A stretch of DNA of 64,000 nucleotides from an uncultured bacterium (GTDB lineage: Bacteria > Fidelibacterota > Marinisomatia > Marinisomatales > UBA1611), in assembly GCA_943788175.1 (NCBI GenBank), contig CALSPG010000007.1, positions 346,258-410,257 on the forward strand, written 5' to 3'. The notes beneath the pieces were generated by a model that searched no databases, had not been told where the DNA came from, and worked only from the letters and a program-made list of their open reading frames with translations. Both the position numbers and the translations under genes were made by a program. This document shows positions 41,840 to 51,463 of this stretch, piece by piece. Within the stretch, counting starts at the first letter, position 1, and the number at the start of each line of letters is the position of its first letter.

Positions 41840-42679
41840 TTAGGTTTTTAGTCCGATCTCAAATAGTCGTTCTTTTAGATATGTCTTTGCAGTATAATGC
41901 GCTGAAAGTTGTACGTTATCTCTAGGATGTAAAAACAGAGGCATTGAAAAACGACTATTATTTGCGGATTCTGATTCGGGATTTACTACTCGATGAGTGG
42001 TCGAGGGGTAATAGCCACCTGAAACTTCTTTAAGCATATCTCCAATATTCACAATAATTGTTCCTGGGTCAGTAGAAATTTTATGCCAATTCCCGTTTTT
42101 ATCTTGAGCTTCAAGCCCGGGTTCTGTTCCTGCAACTAATAAGGTAATAAGGTTTATATCTTCGTGAGGTGCTGCTCTTAAGGATTGCGAGTCTTCACTC
42201 CCGATAAAAGGGGGATAATGAATGATTCTTAGTAAATTTGTTTTACTGTCTTTGATCATATCTTTTAATGGTTCGCTAAATTTAGAACGAATTTCAGGTG
42301 GGGTGTTTAGCTCAATCCATTCTAAAAGAAGAGAAGTAATATTAACTAGACTGTCATATAATTCTTTAGTTGCAGGCGAAATAGAGTCTGGAGTTCTTCC
42401 CCATAAATAAAAATGGAAGAATTCTTTGTGGTCTTTTGCGCTGTATCCTTTTGCATTTTCTGTGCCCAAAGGGAAATAACCATCTTGTCTTAAAGGATCA
42501 AATAAAAAAGTATGTTTTAATTCTGATTCAAAAAAATCTTTCCATTCTCTGTATACAGTTTTAATTAATTCTGGTAATATGGGATGATTAACAATAAGGC
42601 CAAAGCCTGTGTCTTTTAGAGATTTAGTAAATGCAGAGGGAGCATTTTTATCATTATAATGGATTTTGGCTACTTGCAT
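41840..42679 (-). CDS. 2OG-Fe(II) oxygenase (isopenicillin N synthase family)
   Basis: LRIIHYPP, HEDINLITLL, NIGDML, STTHRV, RFSMPLF. Confidence 0.9.
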   Translation of the reverse strand: MQVAKIHYNDKNAPSAFTKSLKDTGFGLIVNHPILPELIKTVYREWKDFFESELKHTFLFDPLRQDGYFPLGTENAKGYSAKDHKEFFHFYLWGRTPDSISPATKELYDSLVNITSLLLEWIELNTPPEIRSKFSEPLKDMIKDSKTNLLRIIHYPPFIGSEDSQSLRAAPHEDINLITLLVAGTEPGLEAQDKNGNWHKISTDPGTIIVNIGDMLKEVSGGYYPSTTHRVVNPESESANNSRFSMPLFLHPRDNVQLSAHYTAKTYLKERLFEIGLKT

Positions 42680-42695
42680 ACAAAAAATTAAAGAA

Positions 42696-43118
42696 CTAAT
42701 CCATGGCTATCAATTCTATATTTGCTTCTGTTGCATACTTAATGATTCTTTCGTCTCGATAAAACTCATCATAGTAAATAGTCTTAATTCCCGAGTTTGC
42801 AATTAATTTGAAACAATTATAGCAAGGTGAGGCTGTTACAAATATTTCTGATTTATTGATACTAACACCATTTTTTGCGGCTTGTACAATTGCATTTGCT
42901 TCTGCATGAGTAGTTCTAACGCAGTGGCCATCAACCATCTCGTGTCCGACCTCATCGCAATGTTTTAAACCCTTAATGCTGCCATTATATCCTGTTGATA
43001 AAATAGTTTTATCTCTAACGATCACAGCACCAACATTCTTACGCTCACATGTCGACCTAGTCGCTACTTCCATAGCAATATTCATGAAATATCTTTTCCA
43101 GCTAACTCGGTCGGGCAT
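42696..43118 (-). CDS. dCMP deaminase (ComEB family)
   Basis: RSTC, TGYNG, HAEANAI, SPCYNC. Confidence 0.9.
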   Translation of the reverse strand: MPDRVSWKRYFMNIAMEVATRSTCERKNVGAVIVRDKTILSTGYNGSIKGLKHCDEVGHEMVDGHCVRTTHAEANAIVQAAKNGVSINKSEIFVTASPCYNCFKLIANSGIKTIYYDEFYRDERIIKYATEANIELIAMD

Positions 43119-43120
43119 AA

Positions 43121-43369
43121 TTATTTATCTCTGTTAAATATTTTCACAGCATGGCGTGGCTCGCCAAAATATATTTTATCGGCTACTTGAGCAAGATTGG
43201 CCACAATAATTAAATAAGCCCAAGTAGGAACAGGCACTCCTGCGCAACCCTTTATAATCACTTTTTTTTTATTAAAAAGATTAAAGTCCATTGAATCGAT
43301 TTTTTCTCTAAAAGATTTTTCCCTGATAATGCCATTATCTAAAAAGTCATCTAATAAAATTGTTTCCAT
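43121..43369 (-). CDS. DUF2480 family protein
   Basis: IREKSFR, VIIKGC...PTWAYL. Confidence 0.75.
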   Translation of the reverse strand: METILLDDFLDNGIIREKSFREKIDSMDFNLFNKKKVIIKGCAGVPVPTWAYLIIVANLAQVADKIYFGEPRHAVKIFNRDK

Positions 43370-43370
43370 T

Positions 43371-44567
43371 TTAAAAGTAGCTTATTGTTGATTTAATAGA
43401 ATCTACTAATTTATCAATGTCTGAAAAATCATTGTAGATATAAAAACTAGCTCGAGCAGTTGAAGTTTCATTAAGAGTCTCTAGAAGGGGCTGAGCGCAG
43501 TGGTGTCCAACCCGGATGCAAATATTATCTTCATTTAAAAATTGAGCGAGGTCTTGAGGATGAATCTTCTCAATATTAAAACTGATGACACTGCCTCTAT
43601 TTTTAGGCGAACCATGAATATTTAAGTTTGGTATAGATTGAAGTTTTTCAATCGCATATGAGGTCAACTCTTTTTCATAGTTATGCACATGCTCCATACC
43701 AATTTTGGAAAGAAATTTTACTGCAGCACCTAGTCCAATTGCTTGAACATAATTTGGCGTTCCTGCTTCAAATTTATAGGGGACTTCATTCCAAGTCGAC
43801 TCTTCAAGTGTGACTTTTTCAATCATTTCTCCACCGCTTAGAAAAGGGTCCAAGTTATTAAGTAATTCAAATTTACCCCAAAGAATACCAACGCCTGTGG
43901 GGCCTAACATTTTGTGACCAGAAAAAGCTAAAAAATCGCACTCTAAGTCTTGGACATTTACCGGCATGTGAGATACGCTTTGCGCGCCGTCAACAATGAA
44001 TATTGCTCCTACCATTTTTGTTAGCTTAGCAATTTCTTTTATTGGGTTAATCGTTCCTAAGACATTTGACATGTGCGTAAGAGAAACTATTTTTGTTTTT
44101 GCAGTAATAAGTTCACTACTCTTAGATAAGTCTATTTCTCCTGAACCTGTAAGAGGAAGGTATTTTAGTTTTATACCAGTTCTTTTAACTAACTGTTGCC
44201 AAGGAACAATATTTGCATGATGCTCCATATGGCTAATTAATACCTCATCATCCTCTTTTAATTGAGATCCAATAGAATAGGCTAAAAGGTTAATGGATGC
44301 GGTTGCGCCGCTTGTAAAAATTATTTCTTTAGAGGAATTAGCATTAATAAAATTTGCTATGAGTTCTCTTGAGGATTCGTATAATTCAGTAGACTCTGAA
44401 CCTAAATCATAAAGGGCTCTGTGAACGTTAGCGTTTGAGTTTTCGTAAACATTTCTCATCGCATCTAAGACAACCTTCGGTTTTTGTGATGTTGATGCGC
44501 TGTCTAGATAAGTGAGCTTTCTATTTTTAAATATTGGAAATTCAGATTTATTTACTAGAGTAGACAT
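43371..44567 (-). CDS. sufS: cysteine desulfurase SufS
   Basis: YLDSASTSQKP, EHHANIVPW, FSGHKMLGPTG, RVGHHCAQP. Likely start ATG 44567. Confidence 0.93.
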   Translation of the reverse strand: MSTLVNKSEFPIFKNRKLTYLDSASTSQKPKVVLDAMRNVYENSNANVHRALYDLGSESTELYESSRELIANFINANSSKEIIFTSGATASINLLAYSIGSQLKEDDEVLISHMEHHANIVPWQQLVKRTGIKLKYLPLTGSGEIDLSKSSELITAKTKIVSLTHMSNVLGTINPIKEIAKLTKMVGAIFIVDGAQSVSHMPVNVQDLECDFLAFSGHKMLGPTGVGILWGKFELLNNLDPFLSGGEMIEKVTLEESTWNEVPYKFEAGTPNYVQAIGLGAAVKFLSKIGMEHVHNYEKELTSYAIEKLQSIPNLNIHGSPKNRGSVISFNIEKIHPQDLAQFLNEDNICIRVGHHCAQPLLETLNETSTARASFYIYNDFSDIDKLVDSIKSTISYF

Positions 44568-44574
44568 TTGAGAA

Positions 44575-45117
44575 TTAAAACATTCCAAGCTCGAGTTGAG
44601 CGGCCTCGGACATCATACCTTGATTCCATTGTGGCTCCCAAACCAGTTCTACTTTCACACTTTCCACATTATTTAATGCACTAACTTTCCGATCAACTTC
44701 ATCAGCAATTACGGGTCCCATTCCACAACCTGGTGCAGTTAAAGTCATCATGATGACAACATTTTTATCGCCGTTTTCAGCATCATTGATACTTAAATCA
44801 TAAATCAATCCTAATTCAACAATATTTACTGGTATTTCTGGGTCATAACAAGTTTTTAATTGGTCCCAAACCAGCTTTTCAGAAAACTCTGAACCCGTCA
44901 TTGGATTATTTTCCTTTACGGCTTTCAATCCTAATGCGTCTGAGTTCTCCGCACTGATTTGAGCCATATTACCATTAATTATAACAGTGTGGTTACCACC
45001 TAATGATTGCGTTATTTGAACTATGTTGCCCTCTACAAGCTTCACTTTATCGCCAGAGGGAACCATGTTTGCTTCTACATCCCTTAAAAGTCTAATTCGT
45101 TTTTCAGTATTATTCAT
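44575..45117 (-). CDS. sufT: Fe-S cluster assembly protein SufT (DUF59)
   Basis: ITQSLGG N-terminal domain, CYDPEIPVNIVELGLIY, TLTAPGCGMG. Confidence 0.88.
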   Translation of the reverse strand: MNNTEKRIRLLRDVEANMVPSGDKVKLVEGNIVQITQSLGGNHTVIINGNMAQISAENSDALGLKAVKENNPMTGSEFSEKLVWDQLKTCYDPEIPVNIVELGLIYDLSINDAENGDKNVVIMMTLTAPGCGMGPVIADEVDRKVSALNNVESVKVELVWEPQWNQGMMSEAAQLELGMF

Positions 45118-45518
45118 GTACTCATTTCATGTATTTTAGTTACGGCGCTAGCAAACCCATTCGTTCTTTGAATACTAATAAGGCCAGATAGTCCAACAGT
45201 TTTTAATATGTCTGCATGGTTTACAGCTTGGATTTCTTTTGATTCGTGCCCACTATATATCTTACACAGCAGAGCAAGAAGTCCTTTCACAATTAACGCA
45301 TCTGAATCGCATTTAAAGAAATAGTTTTTATCTCTTTTTTCACAGATAACCCAGGCCTGAGAGGTGCAACCAGATACTTTTGCGTTATCTATGCGTTCAT
45401 TGTCCGATAGACCTTCTGTTTCTTTTGCAATATCCATTAATTGAGCGAATCTATCTTTAGGGTCATCAAAAATTGAAAAAATATCTTCAATTTCATTTAA
45501 CGTTTCATTGATACTCAT
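45114..45518 (-). CDS. sufE: SufE sulfur acceptor
   Basis: VSGCTSQAW, DSDALIVKGL, QRTNG. Confidence 0.9.
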   Translation of the reverse strand: MSINETLNEIEDIFSIFDDPKDRFAQLMDIAKETEGLSDNERIDNAKVSGCTSQAWVICEKRDKNYFFKCDSDALIVKGLLALLCKIYSGHESKEIQAVNHADILKTVGLSGLISIQRTNGFASAVTKIHEMST

Positions 45519-46774
45519 TATTGGTTGTTATTTAGAAGCCATCTATCAAATCTGGTAAAGAGATGGTTCTTTAAATCTTCGCTTTTAATGTCATTAATTA
45601 ATTCTGAGACAAACCCTCTGATAAGCAATGAAATTGAATCTTTTCGATTTATTCCTCGAGATTGCATGTAGAATAATGCTTCATTATCTAAAGCTCCAGT
45701 AGTTGACCCATGCGCACATTTAACATCATCAGCATAAATTTCTAATTGAGGGTTTGAATTCATTATTGCTTGATCAGAAAGCAGTAAATTTTTATTAGAC
45801 TGTTTTGAATTTGTTTTTTGGGAATCTTCTCTTACAATAGTCCTACCATTAAAAACGCCAGATGAATGACCATTTAGAACAGATTTAAAATTTTGAGAAC
45901 TCTCACACTGAGGCATGATATGGTCGCTAGTTATGTATGTAGCTGAGTGTTGTTTTTTATCTAAAAGAGTTAGCCCAGATAAAGAGCATGTAGCATTTTT
46001 TCCTTCAAGATCTGTATAAATATCTGATCTTTGTAAGGCTCCTCCATCAACAAGTTGGAAATAATTATAGTTTGAGTCATCGCTCTGGGTAACATGCAGG
46101 CCTGAAATATTTGCTGTCTCATCAGAGTTTGAGTGAATTCGAATGTGATTTAATGATGCGTTTTTCTCAATTGAAGCAAATACAGAAGTGTTCTGAAAAA
46201 AAGAAGAAGTGTCACTTACATATTGCTCAATAATGGTAGCAGAACTTGAACGGGAAATGTCCATAGTGATCTGCGGGTTAATCATTAAATTATCCTTTCC
46301 TGTGCATAAAAAAAGAATGTGTATAGGTTTTTCAATGGATGCATTTGGCTCAATCACAATTGCTACACTGCTATCAGATAAAGATGCATTTAACAGTTCA
46401 AATGGATTCTCTTTTTTATTTTTTGGATTCCAATTATTTTTGTCTGTATACGTTGAAACTTTTAACTCTTTCGGTAGAACTGAACTGCCTTCTATGAAAT
46501 AGCCGTTAATGATGATGATAGTATATGTATTTGCAATTTTGTAGTTAGAAATATCGATTGAATCGACTTGCGAATCATCTGGCCTTGAAACTCTAAAGTT
46601 GTTTTTGTTTAAAAAAGATAAGTCTGTGTGTCTCCAAGCTTCCCATTTTTTTGTCGGTATGCCAGAATCCAAAAATTTGGAAAAAGTGTCATTTCTTTGC
46701 GGGTGAGAATCTGAAGGAAAAGATTGTTGAGCAATTAGTTTATTAAACTCGGTTTGGTAATCATTTAGATTCAT
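45518..46774 (-). CDS. sufD: Fe-S cluster assembly protein SufD
   Basis: EAWRHTD, VFNGR, PQLEIYADDVKCAHG, FYMQSRG. Confidence 0.92.
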   Translation of the reverse strand: MNLNDYQTEFNKLIAQQSFPSDSHPQRNDTFSKFLDSGIPTKKWEAWRHTDLSFLNKNNFRVSRPDDSQVDSIDISNYKIANTYTIIIINGYFIEGSSVLPKELKVSTYTDKNNWNPKNKKENPFELLNASLSDSSVAIVIEPNASIEKPIHILFLCTGKDNLMINPQITMDISRSSSATIIEQYVSDTSSFFQNTSVFASIEKNASLNHIRIHSNSDETANISGLHVTQSDDSNYNYFQLVDGGALQRSDIYTDLEGKNATCSLSGLTLLDKKQHSATYITSDHIMPQCESSQNFKSVLNGHSSGVFNGRTIVREDSQKTNSKQSNKNLLLSDQAIMNSNPQLEIYADDVKCAHGSTTGALDNEALFYMQSRGINRKDSISLLIRGFVSELINDIKSEDLKNHLFTRFDRWLLNNNQ

Positions 46775-47511
46775 TGTTCTAGCCAGCCATATCCTTTCTC
46801 TTCAAGTTCAAGTGCTAGCTCTTTCCCACCAGATTTTATGATCTTACCATCAATCAAAACATGAACTACATCTGGTTCAATGTATTTCAATAGTCTTTGA
46901 TAATGAGTTATTACTAGAAAGCTTCTATTTTTGTCTTTATAATTATTTATACCTCTAGAAATGATTTTAAGAGCATCGATATCTAACCCGGAATCTGTTT
47001 CATCCATGATTGCTAATTCTGGTTCTAAGCATAATAATTGTAACATTTCGTTTCTTTTTTTCTCTCCACCAGAGAAACCTTCATTAACTGCACGTTTGAG
47101 ATATTTTGAGTCCATGTCAACTTCTTTCAATTTGCTTTTGACAAGTTTTAGAAAGCTTGCTGCATCATATTCTTTTTGGCCATTGTATTTCCTTTTTGCG
47201 TTAACAGCTGCCCTTAGAAAATAGGTATTGTTCACTCCTGGGATAACCGTAGGATATTGAAATGACATAAAAATTCCAGCTAAGGCTCTTTGATCTGGCT
47301 CCATTTCAATTATCGAATCATTTTTATAGACAATATCTCCTTTAGTGACATTATAGTTCTCACGACCAGTTATAGCATTTGAGAGTGTGCTTTTACCGGA
47401 ACCATTTAAACCCATAATTGCATGCATTTCACCTGACTTAACATCAAGGTCAATACCATTTAATATTTGCTTTCCCTCTACTTCAACGTGCAAATTTTTT
47501 ATTTCTAACAT
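46771..47511 (-). CDS. sufC: Fe-S cluster assembly ATPase SufC
   Basis: GLNGSGKST, VNEGFSGGEKKRNE, DETDSGLD, ITHYQRLL. Likely start ATG 47511. Confidence 0.95.
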   Translation of the reverse strand: MLEIKNLHVEVEGKQILNGIDLDVKSGEMHAIMGLNGSGKSTLSNAITGRENYNVTKGDIVYKNDSIIEMEPDQRALAGIFMSFQYPTVIPGVNNTYFLRAAVNAKRKYNGQKEYDAASFLKLVKSKLKEVDMDSKYLKRAVNEGFSGGEKKRNEMLQLLCLEPELAIMDETDSGLDIDALKIISRGINNYKDKNRSFLVITHYQRLLKYIEPDVVHVLIDGKIIKSGGKELALELEEKGYGWLEQ

Positions 47512-47524
47512 AACGAATCCTTCA

Positions 47525-48973
47525 TTAACCAACACTGCCTTCTAGACTAACTTCCATTAATTTTGTTGCTTCCATGGCAAACTCCATTGGAAGCTCATTA
47601 AATACTTCTTTGCAAAAGCCATTAACAATCATAGAAACTGCATCTTCTGTATTTATACCTCTTTGGTTACAATAGAATAACTGATCTTCACCAATTTTTG
47701 ACGTTGATGCTTCGTGTTCCATTGTAGCAGATTGGTTTCTTACATCTATATACGGGAATGTGTGCGCTCCACATCTATCTCCAATTAAGATAGAATCACA
47801 TTGGGAAAAGTTTCTAGCATTATCGGCGCTTTTCATTATTTTAACTTCTCCTCGGTAAGTTTGCTGACCTTTACCTGCTGAGATGCCTTTAGATATAATG
47901 GTGCTTTTGGTGTTTTTACCGATGTGAATCATTTTCGTTCCGGTGTCGGCTTGTTGTCTGTTATTTGTAAGGGCTACGGAATAAAACTCACCTACAGAGT
48001 TATCTCCTTTTAAAATGCAACTGGGATACTTCCATGTTACTGCCGAACCGGTTTCTACTTGAGTCCATGATATCCGAGAATTTTTTCCAGAACAAAGTCC
48101 ACGTTTTGTAACAAAATTATAAATCCCGCCTTCTCCAGTTTCTGGGTTTCCAGGGTACCAATTTTGAACAGTCGAATACTTTATTGTAGCATTATCAAGA
48201 GCTACAAGCTCTACGACTGCTGCATGCAACTGGTTTTCGTCTCGCATTGGAGCCGTACATCCTTCTAGATAGCTTACAGAACTGCCTTCCTCCGCAATAA
48301 TCAGTGTCCTTTCAAATTGCCCAGTCTTTGCCTCATTTATTCTAAAATAGGTTGAAAGCTCCATAGGGCATTTGACGCCTTTTGGAATAAACACAAAGGA
48401 GCCATCAGTAAAAACGGCAGAATTAAGGCAGGCAAAATAATTATCAGTGTGTGGGATGACACTACCTAAATATTTTTTCACTATTTCTGGATAATCAACT
48501 GCTGCTTCCGAAAAACTACAGAATATCACTCCATGACTTTTTAGCTCTTCTCGAAAAGTAGTTGCGACAGAAACACTGTCAAAAACTGCATCAACGGCGA
48601 TTCCATTCATCATTTTTTGTTCATCTAATGGAATACCCAACTTGTTGTAAGTGCTTAAAAGTTCTGGATCTAGTTCATCTAAACTTTTCAATTCATTTTT
48701 TTTTGGAGCAGAGAAGTAACTTATATCCTGATAATCAATCTTTGCATATTTGACATTTTGCCAGTCAGGTTCTTTCATTTTTAGCCATTTTCGGTAAGCC
48801 TTCAAACGCCAAGCAAGCAACCAAGAAGGCTCTTTCTTTTTTTCTGAAATAAAGTGAATTGTTTTTTCACTAATTCCGGGTGCGAGAGTATCTGACTCTA
48901 TGTCGGTAACAAAGCCATATTTATAATCTTCTTTTACTCTTTGATCAATTACTGCATTTTTATTTTGATTCAT
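47525..48973 (-). CDS. sufB: Fe-S cluster assembly protein SufB
   Basis: [34 protein letters not shown]. Confidence 0.96.
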   Translation of the reverse strand: MNQNKNAVIDQRVKEDYKYGFVTDIESDTLAPGISEKTIHFISEKKKEPSWLLAWRLKAYRKWLKMKEPDWQNVKYAKIDYQDISYFSAPKKNELKSLDELDPELLSTYNKLGIPLDEQKMMNGIAVDAVFDSVSVATTFREELKSHGVIFCSFSEAAVDYPEIVKKYLGSVIPHTDNYFACLNSAVFTDGSFVFIPKGVKCPMELSTYFRINEAKTGQFERTLIIAEEGSSVSYLEGCTAPMRDENQLHAAVVELVALDNATIKYSTVQNWYPGNPETGEGGIYNFVTKRGLCSGKNSRISWTQVETGSAVTWKYPSCILKGDNSVGEFYSVALTNNRQQADTGTKMIHIGKNTKSTIISKGISAGKGQQTYRGEVKIMKSADNARNFSQCDSILIGDRCGAHTFPYIDVRNQSATMEHEASTSKIGEDQLFYCNQRGINTEDAVSMIVNGFCKEVFNELPMEFAMEATKLMEVSLEGSVG

Positions 48974-48999
48974 ACTCTAGTCCCCATCAAATTAGTCTT

Positions 49000-49392
49000 T
49001 TAAGCTGAAAAAGAGGTACCACAGCCACAAGTTCTTTCAGCGTTCGGGTTTTCAATTTTGAACCCACCATTGAGCATATCATCAGAATAGTCAATTGTAA
49101 TGTTTTTTAGATACAACCAGCTTTTCAAATCACATATCACATTTAAGCCATTTTGGTTGAAAACTTTATCAAAGGTATCTTGTTCTTTATCAAAATCCAT
49201 TTTATAGTTCATCCCTGAACATCCACCGCTATCAACGGACATTCTTAAAAAATAATCGCTTTTCCCTTCAGAAGACATTACGGCTTTCAATCTAGTTACA
49301 GCTTTTTTTGAAACATAGATTTGAGCATCTTTAAAATCATTTTGCTCTTTTTCTATGGATGCTTTTTGTTCTTTAATATCATTTATTCCCAT
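49000..49392 (-). CDS. sufA: A-type Fe-S carrier (SufA/IscA/HesB)
   Basis: SGGCSG, NPNAERTCGCGTSF. Confidence 0.88.
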   Translation of the reverse strand: MGINDIKEQKASIEKEQNDFKDAQIYVSKKAVTRLKAVMSSEGKSDYFLRMSVDSGGCSGMNYKMDFDKEQDTFDKVFNQNGLNVICDLKSWLYLKNITIDYSDDMLNGGFKIENPNAERTCGCGTSFSA

Positions 49393-49745
49393 GTTGTTTC
49401 AAGCTCCTCTTTTTTGACTTTCTGTACTTCATTATCAAAACCTAATTTTTCTCGCGCCTCCTGAGTCATCATCTCAGGCTCCCATGGAGGATCAAATGTC
49501 ACTTTAACATTTACTTCATTAATATTTGGAATTGAAGAAACTTTTACTTTTATATCATCTGCCATACTTTGACCCATTGTACAGCCAGGGGTTGTCAAAG
49601 ACATTAGAACGTTAACATCTGACACATTATTTTCTTTTTGAAGAATATCAATGTTATAAATGAGGCCGAGGTTCCATAAATCAATTGGGATTTCTGGGTC
49701 ATAACATTGTTTTAAAACATCAATTATCTTATTTTTTAAGTTCAT
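49383..49745 (-). CDS. DUF59/MIP18 metal-sulfur cluster biosynthesis protein
   Basis: YDPEIPIDLWNLGLIY, SLTTPGC, FDPPW. Confidence 0.85.
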   Translation of the reverse strand: MNLKNKIIDVLKQCYDPEIPIDLWNLGLIYNIDILQKENNVSDVNVLMSLTTPGCTMGQSMADDIKVKVSSIPNINEVNVKVTFDPPWEPEMMTQEAREKLGFDNEVQKVKKEELETTWE

Positions 49746-50137
49746 TGTGAAATATCTGCTAGTGTTAGATTATTAAAAAGGTTTCTTATAGAATCATTTA
49801 TTTTATTTATCGGAGTACGAATATTGCAACTATTCAAATGATCGCAACCATCTTGAAAGTAACAATCCATTATAGCAGTCGGGCCCTCTAAAATTTCAAA
49901 AAAATCATTTAAAGTTGTTTTCGCTATCTTTTTCGATGCTTTATAACCACCGGTAGGACCTTTGTACGATTTAACAATATTAGCACTAGCAAGTTTTTGT
50001 AATGTTTTAGCTAGAATTTCTTTTGGAATACCGTATGAAGCCGATAAATCAGAAACAGAAACAAGGGCATCTTGATTTTCTTGAAGATGTCTTATTGCAA
50101 TTAATGCGTACTCTACTTTTTTTGTAATTTTCAACAT
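49742..50137 (-). CDS. Rrf2 family transcriptional regulator (IscR/SufR-like)
   Basis: MLKITKKVEYAL, SYKGPTGGY, three Cys (DC..GC..SC). Start ATG 50137. Confidence 0.9.
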   Translation of the reverse strand: MLKITKKVEYALIAIRHLQENQDALVSVSDLSASYGIPKEILAKTLQKLASANIVKSYKGPTGGYKASKKIAKTTLNDFFEILEGPTAIMDCYFQDGCDHLNSCNIRTPINKINDSIRNLFNNLTLADISQ

Positions 50138-50182
50138 TTTGAGACTGAAAGTATAGAAATAGTACGTAGATAAAACCAAACA

Positions 50183-50211
50183 TTATATACGACAAATTTA
50201 ATCGTATATAA
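50183..50211. promoter_or_regulatory. inverted repeat upstream of the suf operon; probable Rrf2 operator
   Basis: ttatatacga-N9-tcgtatataa with perfect 10-bp arms; resembles IscR type-1 sites. Confidence 0.7.
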
Positions 50212-50229
50212 AGCTAATTAGAGTCGTTT

Positions 50230-51270
50230 TTAGAAGTTAACTGTGATGGGGTTGACCTTTCTAGGTTCAATTTCTCCAATTTTTTTTGCTTTTCCACCGA
50301 ACTCATTTAAAAATTTTTCTGCATCTTTTGGCTGTAATGAAATTAGTAAACCTCCAGAAGTTTGAGCATCACAAAGCAGTAATTTTTGATTAAAAGAGAG
50401 TTTAGAACTAAAAGTAGTAAAATTTTCTGCATGGTCTAAATTTCGTTTTGAGCCTCCTGGCATAATGCCTTCATTGACTAAGTCTATTGCTCCATGTAAA
50501 AATTCGATTTCCTTAAAATCGATATTAGCAGATACATTGCTAGCATTACAAACTTCAATTAGATGTCCAACAAGACCAAATCCAGTAACGTCTGTTACAG
50601 CATTCGGTTGAAGATTTTGAGCAACCTCGGAAGCTTTTTTGTTTAGTTCTTTCATTGATTCTGAGGCCGAATCGGTAACAGCCTGTGAGGCTTTCTCTTT
50701 CTTTATCGCAGTCGAAATAATGCCAGTGCCGATGGGTTTTGTAAGTATTAAATGATCGCCTGGTTTAGCGCCAGCATTTGTCCATATGTTTTTTTCAATT
50801 GCTTCTCCTGTCACTACTAATCCATATTTTGGCTCATTGTCGTCAATAGAATGACCGCCAACTATCGGAATTCCGGCTTCTGCGGCTTTATCGGCACCGC
50901 CCTGCATAATTTCAGAGAGTATCGTGTTGGATAATTTTTGGATAGGGAAAGCGACAATATTTAATGCGAATAAAGGTTTTCCACCCATGGCATATATATC
51001 TGAAAGTGAATTTGCTGCGGATATTTGACCAAATGTGTATGGGTCATCAACAATGGGGGTGAAAAAATCAACAGTCTGCAATATGATTTTACCATCGCTA
51101 AGGCGCACTACCGCTGCATCATCCGTACTAGTATAGTCCGTAATAACAGAGTCATTTGTATTCATTTTTACATTACCCAGAACCTGGGCTAAGTCCGCAG
51201 GACCGATTTTACATGCTCAGCCCGCGCCGTGACTAAGGGTTGTCAGTCTAACTTTTTCTCTAGTATTCAT
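50230..51270 (-). CDS. selD: selenide, water dikinase SelD, selenoprotein form (in-frame UGA at codon 18)
   Basis: From ATG 51270: MNTREKVRLTTLSHGAG-UGA-ACKIGPADL, in frame with ORF 50230..51165 (DDAAV, TVDFFTP, NSLSDIYAMGG, TDVTGFGL, DAQTSGGLL). Confidence 0.93.
51175..51216 (-). promoter_or_regulatory. candidate bacterial SECIS element downstream of the selD UGA
   Basis: Hairpins GUCC-UGC-GGAC (+14..+24) and GCCCAG-GUU-CUGGGU (+28..+42) after the UGA. Confidence 0.55.
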
Positions 51271-51342
51271 TGGACAAATTTAAAGATTTAAAAATCTATA
51301 AAAAACCAATTCAAAAATTTTTTGTAATCTTTAGAATACCTT

Positions 51343-51369
51343 TTGACATCGATGCTACTTTGGTAACTT
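51343..51369 (+). promoter_or_regulatory. possible promoter for korAB-fumC
   Basis: TTGACA-N15-TAACTT; the spacer is shorter than canonical. Confidence 0.35.
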
Positions 51370-51463
51370 AAAGCCTAAAATGTTTTGAAAAATTTGTATT
51401 TATAGCAACAAATTTGAAACAGTGCATAACATATTATTTAAAAATTTAAAGTAGAATTGAACC

